Positions 57,240-64,000 of a stretch of 64,000 nucleotides of DNA are shown in pieces. Location of the stretch: contig CAVPCR010000001.1 in the NCBI GenBank assembly GCA_963702435.1, positions 224,001 to 288,000 of the forward strand, written 5' to 3'. The position numbers and the translations under genes were made by a program. Numbering within the stretch: the stretch's first letter is position 1; the number at the start of each line of letters is the position of its first letter. This stretch comes from Candidatus Eiseniibacteriota bacterium. GTDB taxonomy: Bacteria; Eisenbacteria; RBG-16-71-46; CAVPCR01. Under the pieces are notes generated by a model that saw only the letters and a list, made by a program, of their open reading frames with translations, did not search any database and was not told the DNA's origin.

Positions 57240-60200
57240 TCACCGGATCACCGTGACGCGCTCGACCGCCTCCCCACCCGGGGCGAGGAGACGAAGCCAG
57301 TACACGCCGGAGGGAACGAGGGCGCCGCTCGCGCTCCGCCCGTCCCAGGTCAGGCGATGCTCGCCGGCCGGGAGCGCCGTGGCGACGAGCTCGCGCACGA
57401 GACGCCCGCCGACGCCGTAGAGAGAGAGATCGACCGCGCCCGCCGCCGGCAGGCGGAACCGGATCTCGGCCGCCGGATTGGCCGGGCTCGGCCATGGCGC
57501 TAGAAGCTGCGGTCTGCCGTGGTTATCCGCGACAGCGGCCGCGCCGGCCCCCGGCTCCCGGTCCGGCGCCGCGAGCGGAGCGAACGGGAGCTCCACGTTG
57601 CCGCTGTTGTGCGCGTCGCGATGGAAGAAGGGCCAGGGCAGACGCTCCGGGGCCGCCACGCCGGCCAGATCCCAGACGTAGAGCCGGCGATCCCAGCCGG
57701 CGACCACCACCTCGACGAGGCCGTCCGAGTCCACGTCGCCGAGCGCCGCCGCTCCGCGCACCTCCCCGTCGGTCTGGATCGGGAACCCGCTCACCGCCGA
57801 CGCGTCCGGGTTCCAGCCGTAGATGCGGCCGTCCTCGGCGCCGAGGAGAATCTCGGGCTCCGGGTCCCCGTCCACGTCCCCGACGACCGGCGTCGACTGG
57901 GTGGCGCGCGCCGCGATCGCCTCCGGATCGGTGGCGAAGGTGAGATCGGTGAAGCCGGGGCGGAGCGTCCCGTCGGCGTGGAAGACGAGGAGCCGCGCCT
58001 GGTGGATCTGGGCCGCCGAGTTCTCGGCGAAGATCACCTCGAGCGTCCCATCGCCGTCGAGATCGGCGAGGACCGGGGACGAGGTGCGCGCCGGCGCGTT
58101 CTCGATGAAGGCCCACACGGGCCAGCCGGGAGCCGCGCTGCCGTCCGCCCGCAGCACGTGGAGCGAATCGTCCTCGACCGCGACCGCGATCTCGAGTCCA
58201 TCGCTCGCGGGATCGAGGTCGCCGAGCGCGGGCGACGAGGAGATGCGGCCGCCGAGGAAGACGGGGAACCCGGGCGCCTCGCCGCCCGCGGCGCGGAGCG
58301 CGTGCAGGCTGCCGCTCGACTCGTCGAGACCCACGATCACCTCGAGCCCGGGCTCGCCGTCGAGATCGGCGAGCGCCGGCGTCGCGAAGCTGTAGGGGGC
58401 CGCCGGATCCGGGAGGAAGAGGACTCCCGGCGTCTCCGGGTTCGCATCCCCGTCCCGCACCTCGGTCCCGTCGTGGTGCCAGGCGTAGACCGCGCCCACC
58501 GCGCCGCCGAGGACCGCCACCTCGAGATCGCCGTCGCCGTCGAGATCGCCGACCGCGGGCGAGCCCCAGTTGCGGTTCCCGGTGTCCGGCCAGCGGAGGC
58601 TCTGCGGCCAGCCGGGGAGCCGCGAACCATCGCGCCGCCACGCGAAAACCTGCGCCGAGTCCCAGGCCACGGCGATGAGATCGAGCGCGCCGTCCCCGTC
58701 GAGATCGGCGATCGCCGGCACCGCGTGGTAGCCGCGCTGCTCGGACCGGCCGTCGGTCGTGAACACCCCGTTCGTGACCACGTTCGAGTCCCCGTCGCGA
58801 AGCTCGGTCGCATCGCCGCGCCAGGCGTAGAGGGCGTCGGCCCCGGTCACGATCTCCTCCGCGCCGTCTCCGTCCAGATCGGCGAGGACCGGCGAGGATG
58901 CGGTCTCCTGGCCCATGGCGACCGGCCAGCCGGGATGGAGCGCGGGGCTCGTGGTGCCGGCGGCCGCGTCCGAGAACGGGCTCCGGTTCCCCGACGAGTC
59001 GACGGCCGCGACACGGTAGCTGAAGGTCGAGAGCGGGGCGAGATCGCGATCGGTGAAGTAGGCCGCGGCGAGCGGGCGCGGCGTCACGCTCGCGAAGGGG
59101 CCGCCCGCCTCCGGGGCGCGCTCGACCAGGTAGCCGGCGAGATCCGAATCGGGCGGCGCCGCCCACGATACGAGCACCGAGGACTCGGAGCCGCGGGTGC
59201 GGGCGCCGGTAGGAGCCGCCGGCGGGCGGAAGTCGAGCCGGGCGATCGGCTCGTCGCCGAACGCGCTCGCCACGCGCACCTCGAGCCGGAGGCTGTCGAT
59301 CTCGGCATCCACGGCCAGGGAGAACTGGAACGGATCGCCGGCCGTCGTCTCGCCGCCGCGAAGGTCTCCGAACCGCGCGCGGCCATCGAGCATGGCGGCG
59401 GCGGACGCGGGCTCGCCGGTCGCGAGATCGATGACGCGAGCGGTCGCCTCGACCGCGGGCGCCGTGCCCGCGCCCACGTTGGCGAGGAGGAGGGCGTAGC
59501 GAACGATCTCGCCCGGCGCCACCGCGCCGTCGCCGTCGATCGTGCGGCCGGCGAGCACAAGCCGTGGCCCGGCCACCGGGACGACCCGGCGCAGCGTGCG
59601 CCGCTCGGGCGGCGCGTCGAGCGTGATCTCGAAGGCGAGGAGATCCTGGTCGGCGGCGCTCGTCGCCACCGTGAAGCGGAGCGAGCCGACCTCGGTCGCG
59701 GCCCCCGGCCCGAGCGCAGGAAACGGCGACGAGCCGTCGATAATGGTGGCAGGACCGGAGAGGAGGGTGAGACGCGCGGTGCCCGCCGCGGCCGCGGCGC
59801 CGCCCGCATTGAGGACCGTGACCCGGAGATCCACCGTCTCGCCCGGCTCGGCGACGCGGTCCCCGTCACCGCCCGCGCCGTCATCGATCCCGATCGCGTC
59901 GGCGACGAGATAGGAGCCGCCGGCACCCGCGATCGCGAGCCCGGAGCGCGCGGGCCAGGCATCGGGCGCGCTCGCCGCGATCGTGAACGGGCCCTGCGAC
60001 CCGGCCGGAAGCGGGAGCGACACCTCGCCCGAGCGATCGGTCTCGGCGGTGGCGAGGCTCCCGTCGGCGCCGCGGAGCGCGACCGGCACGAAGGCGGCGG
60101 CCGCGCCGCCTGCCGTCACGGTGATCGCGACCTCCGGCGTGCCCGGGGCCACCGCGGGCGCGTGGCGGAGGACGAGCGGAGCGGGCGGGCGCGTGAAGAG

Positions 60201-62051
60201 CGGGGTCAGCGGATCGCCGATCACGGTGAGCGCGAACTGGGTCCAGCGATGCGCTCCCTCGACCTCGGCCTGCTCGGCAAGGAGGCTCCGCACGCGGAGG
60301 ACGGCCTCCCCCACCGTGCGGAGCGTGTCCTGGAACGCCGCATGGAAGAACGCGGTCTGGTAGTGCTGGGCGGTGCCGGGGAAGGCGTAGCGCGAGGAAC
60401 CGATGTAGGCGATGGCGCCGCCTGCCGGGTTCCTGACCAGGTGCTCGCCGATCGAGTTGAAGTCGATGGCGGCCGAGGTGCAGTTGAGCGCCAGGAAGAC
60501 GGGGAGGCGCGGCCGGTTCTCGAGACCGTCCACATCGGCGTTCGAGAGCGAGCCGGCGCCCACCGAGAGCGTGTTGCGGAAACCGTGGCCGACATGCTCG
60601 ACGAGTCCGTAGCCGCGACCGAGCTCGGCGAGCGAGGAGGCGGGCGAGAGCGGCGCCGCACCCGGGTAGGCGGTGTGGTTCTCGTAGAGCCGCGCATGGC
60701 TCATGGCGGGGGTGAGGAGGGCGCGCGTGTCCTCGGCGATCGCGGCGCCGTCCTGCGACTCGAACAGCACCTCGGCGAGGAAGAGCACCGAGGCCGGGTA
60801 GTCGCTCGCCGCCCCGCTCCCCTCCTCGTACACGATCTGCCGGTCGACGAAGGTCCGCGCCTCCTCCCGCGTCGACACCGGGGCGCGCCCGAGGAGGACA
60901 TCGGGGACGAGATCCACGAGATCGCCCGGCTCGCCCGCCGGCCCCGGCGCCTCGCCGATCTCGTCGTCCCCGTCGGCGTTCCAGTCGCCGTCGAGCGCGG
61001 CGTAGTAGAGCTCGCACGGGATCGGCTCGGCGGTCCCGACGAAGTAGCTCGACACGGCGTAGCGCGCGGGGATCACATCGGTATCGCCGCCGAGGAGCAC
61101 CCAGACCGTGCCCCAGCTCCCGGCGGCATCCGCGATGAAGGCCCGGATCCGCGCCGCGAGGTCGGAGTAGCCGTCGCCCCCGTAGGCGCTCGCGATCCAC
61201 TCGACCGTGCGCACCTGGGCGCGGCGGCCCTGGCTCGTGCGGAAGTGCGCGAGGCGCTCGAACTCGGGGCGGAGCGCCTCGTTCGTGATGATGACGACCT
61301 CGACCGGGCTCCCGTCGGCGGTCGGCGCGAGCGGCGGCGCGAACGCACCGTCCACGCGGAGCGGCGCCGGTGCGACCGCCGCCGCGCGCGCTCTCCCCCG
61401 CGCGCGCGCGAAGCGGGCCTCGAGATCGGGCTCGATGCGGCGCGCGGCGAGGTCTCCGCCGTCCGTCTCGACCGTGATCTCGACCGCGATCGACTCCTGG
61501 CGCAGGAGGGCGCCGCCGTCGTAACCGGCGACGCGGAGGACAATGTGCGCCGCGGCCGACCCGCGCGCGCGGCCGAGCGCCGCGCCGAGGACCGCGGGGG
61601 CCGCCGCCGCGGCGGCCGGGCGTGCCGCGCGCGGCGCCGGCGCTCCCTCGCCCGCGGGCGCGACGGCCGGGGCGAGGAGCGGGGCGCGGAGCGGCATCGG
61701 CGCCGCGGGATCGACGGCGACCACACGGGCCGCCACCGCCCGCGCTGCCGCCGGCACCGGCACGGTCAGGGCGAGGAGCGGAAGCCCGTCGTCGCCTGAG
61801 AAAAGCTGCGCACGAACGTCGTTTTCCACGGCGGCCGCCGCGCCGGGTCGCGCGACGGTCACCGGCACGTCGCCGGCCGCGGCGAGGGTCACCCCGGCCG
61901 CCACCTCCTGCAGGCCGAGGTCGGCCGCGCGGAGATCGACGGTCGCCGTCAGCACGACCTCCGCGGCGAGCGCGCTCCCACTCGCCAGCGCGAGCGCCGC
62001 CACCGCGGCGAGCAGCGCCAAGGCCCGGGCTTTGCTCCTCATCCCCACCAT
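57240..62051 (-). CDS. Secreted C25 peptidase/FG-GAP/FlgD protein (copy B, most divergent)
   Basis: Signal peptide MRSKARALALL..., VLLGGDT, EHVGHG, LNCTS, FG-GAP repeats, WDG CTD; TGATG overlap with the upstream gene. Confidence 0.86.
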   Translation of the reverse strand: MVGMRSKARALALLAAVAALALASGSALAAEVVLTATVDLRAADLGLQEVAAGVTLAAAGDVPVTVARPGAAAAVENDVRAQLFSGDDGLPLLALTVPVPAAARAVAARVVAVDPAAPMPLRAPLLAPAVAPAGEGAPAPRAARPAAAAAAPAVLGAALGRARGSAAAHIVLRVAGYDGGALLRQESIAVEITVETDGGDLAARRIEPDLEARFARARGRARAAAVAPAPLRVDGAFAPPLAPTADGSPVEVVIITNEALRPEFERLAHFRTSQGRRAQVRTVEWIASAYGGDGYSDLAARIRAFIADAAGSWGTVWVLLGGDTDVIPARYAVSSYFVGTAEPIPCELYYAALDGDWNADGDDEIGEAPGPAGEPGDLVDLVPDVLLGRAPVSTREEARTFVDRQIVYEEGSGAASDYPASVLFLAEVLFESQDGAAIAEDTRALLTPAMSHARLYENHTAYPGAAPLSPASSLAELGRGYGLVEHVGHGFRNTLSVGAGSLSNADVDGLENRPRLPVFLALNCTSAAIDFNSIGEHLVRNPAGGAIAYIGSSRYAFPGTAQHYQTAFFHAAFQDTLRTVGEAVLRVRSLLAEQAEVEGAHRWTQFALTVIGDPLTPLFTRPPAPLVLRHAPAVAPGTPEVAITVTAGGAAAAFVPVALRGADGSLATAETDRSGEVSLPLPAGSQGPFTIAASAPDAWPARSGLAIAGAGGSYLVADAIGIDDGAGGDGDRVAEPGETVDLRVTVLNAGGAAAAAGTARLTLLSGPATIIDGSSPFPALGPGAATEVGSLRFTVATSAADQDLLAFEITLDAPPERRTLRRVVPVAGPRLVLAGRTIDGDGAVAPGEIVRYALLLANVGAGTAPAVEATARVIDLATGEPASAAAMLDGRARFGDLRGGETTAGDPFQFSLAVDAEIDSLRLEVRVASAFGDEPIARLDFRPPAAPTGARTRGSESSVLVSWAAPPDSDLAGYLVERAPEAGGPFASVTPRPLAAAYFTDRDLAPLSTFSYRVAAVDSSGNRSPFSDAAAGTTSPALHPGWPVAMGQETASSPVLADLDGDGAEEIVTGADALYAWRGDATELRDGDSNVVTNGVFTTDGRSEQRGYHAVPAIADLDGDGALDLIAVAWDSAQVFAWRRDGSRLPGWPQSLRWPDTGNRNWGSPAVGDLDGDGDLEVAVLGGAVGAVYAWHHDGTEVRDGDANPETPGVLFLPDPAAPYSFATPALADLDGEPGLEVIVGLDESSGSLHALRAAGGEAPGFPVFLGGRISSSPALGDLDPASDGLEIAVAVEDDSLHVLRADGSAAPGWPVWAFIENAPARTSSPVLADLDGDGTLEVIFAENSAAQIHQARLLVFHADGTLRPGFTDLTFATDPEAIAARATQSTPVVGDVDGDPEPEILLGAEDGRIYGWNPDASAVSGFPIQTDGEVRGAAALGDVDSDGLVEVVVAGWDRRLYVWDLAGVAAPERLPWPFFHRDAHNSGNVELPFAPLAAPDREPGAGAAAVADNHGRPQLLAPWPSPANPAAEIRFRLPAAGAVDLSLYGVGGRLVRELVATALPAGEHRLTWDGRSASGALVPSGVYWLRLLAPGGEAVERVTVIR

Positions 62052-64000
62052 CACCTCACGAGCACGAGCTTCTGGATGGCCGCGAACCCGGGGCCATCGG
62101 CCTTGAGGAAGTAGACGCCCGAGGCGAGCGGCTCGCCGCGGCCGTCCCGGCCGTCCCAGGTGAACCGATGCGGGCCCGGCGCGAGCGGGGTCGCGAGGAG
62201 AACGCGCGCGAGACGTCCGCTCACGTCGTAGATGCGGAGCCCGATCGGCTCCCTGCCGGCGCTCGCCGGCACGTCGAGCGCGAACTCGGTCGCCGGGTTG
62301 AACGGATTCGGTTGCGCCCGCCCGAGGCGGAAGGCGGCCGCGAGCGGCGCCGCGCCCGGATCGTCGATCCCGATCGTGGTCGAGGTGCCGGCGTTCCCGG
62401 TGTTCCGGAGATCGTGGCGGAAGCTCCCCCACGGCACGAGCGCCCGATTGTAGGCGTAGGGCATCTTCCACACGTAGACGTTCTGGTCGTACCCCGAGAC
62501 CGCGATCTCGACGAGCCCGTCCTGGTCGAAGTCGGCGATCGTCGCGCCCGAACGCACCTCCCCCTCGAGCTGGATGGGGAATCCGGCGACCTCGGTGCCG
62601 TCATGATTCCAGGCGTAGAGCCGGCGGTCCTCGGCGCCGAGGAGCACCTCGTACTGCCCGTCGCCGTCGATGTCGCCCACGGTCGGCGTGGCCTCGGTCG
62701 CGCCGGCGTCGAGCTCGTCCTGCGCGAAGAGCACGTTCGTCCAGCCCGGCATGGCGCTGCCGTCGCGCCGCCAGACATGGAAGCGGCCGTCGTTCGCCGC
62801 GAACAGGATATCGAGCTGCCCGTTCTGATCGAGGTCGGCGACGATCGGCGATGAGGTCCGCGCCTGTCCCGTGAGTACTTCCGCAAGACGCGGCCAGCCC
62901 GGGAAGCGCCCGCCGTCGGCCTTGAATACGTACACCGAGTCGTCCTCGGCGGCGACCACGAGCTCGGGCGGCCCGACGCCGTCGAGATCGGCCACCGCCG
63001 GGGTCGCGGTGATCGGGCCGCCGGTCGCCTGCGGCCAGCCGGGCAACAGCGTGCCGTCGCCGTCGATCACGAAGACCTCGCCCGCGGCGGAGTTGGCGAC
63101 GGCGACCACCTCGTCGCGGCCGTCCCCATCGAAGTCGCCGAGGGCGGTGCCGGCATAGGTGAAGGTCGAGCCGACCACGAAGAAGGGTCCGATGGTCGAG
63201 GGGTTGCCGTCGCCGTTCACGACCTCGGTCCCGTCGTGGTTGAACGCAAAGACCACACCGTCCTGTCCCCGCATCGCCACGATCTCGAGCTGGTTGTCCT
63301 GGTCGAGCTGCCCGACCGCGGCTGAGCCCCAGTTGAAAGGATAGGAGAAGGTGCGCGGCCAGCCGGGGCGCTGGTTCCCGTCCGGGCCGAGCACGTGGAG
63401 CTTCCCCTCCTCAGCCCGCGCGCCCCAGCCCGCGAAGATGATCTCGAAGGACCCGTCCCGGTTGAGGTCGGCGATCGCCGGATCGCCGCGGAACCCGTTG
63501 TCGATGTCGTACCCCCAGGTCGTGAACGGGCCGGAGCTCCGCGGATCGTTGTCGCCGTCCCGCACCTCGAGCCCATCGGCGCGCCAGGCATAGATGTAAT
63601 CCGAGCCCATCACCAGCTCGTTCCGGCCGTCGCGATCGAAGTCGTAGATCTGCGGGCCCGAGGTCGTGACCTGGGTGGTCTCGATCGGCCAGCCGGCGGC
63701 GAGCGGCGGGTTGGTCGAAACCGAGATCGCGGCCGAGAGGGGGCCCGTGTTGAACGAGGAGTCGCGGGCCGCCACCTTGTAGTAGTAGCGGGTGAGCGGC
63801 GCGAGCGGCGTGTCCTCGTAGAAGGAGATGCCGTCCACCGTGTAGGCGTTCACGCGCGTGAACGGCCCGGCCGCGCTCGCCGCGCGGTAGATGTCGAAGC
63901 CGAGGAGATCGGGGTCCGTGTTCCGCTCCCACAGGATCCTGATCGAGCTCGCGGAGCCGATCGCGCGCAGGCTATCCACCGGCCCCGGGATCGCGAGGTC
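62051..64000 (-). CDS. 3' part of a further paralogue (FN3, FG-GAP, FlgD CTD; copy A), truncated by the window edge
   Basis: LTRYYYKVAARDSSFN, TNPPLAAGWPIE, GFPIQLEGEVR and QPNPFNP...WDG...KLVLVR; collinear with the other copies. Its C25 domain is not visible. Confidence 0.85.
   Translation of the reverse strand, partial: DLAIPGPVDSLRAIGSASSIRILWERNTDPDLLGFDIYRAASAAGPFTRVNAYTVDGISFYEDTPLAPLTRYYYKVAARDSSFNTGPLSAAISVSTNPPLAAGWPIETTQVTTSGPQIYDFDRDGRNELVMGSDYIYAWRADGLEVRDGDNDPRSSGPFTTWGYDIDNGFRGDPAIADLNRDGSFEIIFAGWGARAEEGKLHVLGPDGNQRPGWPRTFSYPFNWGSAAVGQLDQDNQLEIVAMRGQDGVVFAFNHDGTEVVNGDGNPSTIGPFFVVGSTFTYAGTALGDFDGDGRDEVVAVANSAAGEVFVIDGDGTLLPGWPQATGGPITATPAVADLDGVGPPELVVAAEDDSVYVFKADGGRFPGWPRLAEVLTGQARTSSPIVADLDQNGQLDILFAANDGRFHVWRRDGSAMPGWTNVLFAQDELDAGATEATPTVGDIDGDGQYEVLLGAEDRRLYAWNHDGTEVAGFPIQLEGEVRSGATIADFDQDGLVEIAVSGYDQNVYVWKMPYAYNRALVPWGSFRHDLRNTGNAGTSTTIGIDDPGAAPLAAAFRLGRAQPNPFNPATEFALDVPASAGREPIGLRIYDVSGRLARVLLATPLAPGPHRFTWDGRDGRGEPLASGVYFLKADGPGFAAIQKLVLVR

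Noticed and set aside
51067..61799. Very long plus-strand ORFs (51067-56709 and 57519-61799; likewise 9307-12246, 38675-42718 and 42772-46557)
   Set aside because: Antisense shadows of real minus-strand genes, typical of high-GC codon bias; no motifs.
37838..64000. Diversity-generating retroelement or invertase shufflon acting on the C25 array
   Set aside because: No reverse transcriptase or recombinase in the window, all copies are co-oriented, and differences do not look adenine-specific.

Overview
High-GC bacterial window, almost entirely encoded on the minus strand. Gene content (FlgD-type C-terminal domains, choice-of-anchor B proteins, C25 peptidases) suggests a non-Bacteroidota FCB-group lineage, which is inference only. 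From left to right it holds: (1) a complete alternative complex III (actA-F plus an ActG-like gene), sco and caa3-type cytochrome c oxidase operon (283-12893); (2) an integrase-less integron cassette array with four attC sites (~13748-17677), whose first cassette is fused to the end unit of a ~97-bp tandem repeat that has a sigma54-like promoter upstream; (3) S4 and patatin genes; (4) a PstS-like/TPR/ExbB/ExbD/ExbD/TonB/STAS module between two choice-of-anchor B proteins; (5) a cytoplasmic YkuD (ElsL-like)-Mur ligase fusion, a PP2C phosphatase, tRNA-Gln and tRNA-Glu; (6) an sxtIJKL-like carbamoyltransferase cluster; and (7) a >26-kb tandem array of at least six ~1600-aa secreted gingipain-like (C25)/FG-GAP/FlgD paralogues, two of them frameshifted and several sharing near-identical DNA blocks. 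All family assignments come from reading motifs by eye; no database search was run.
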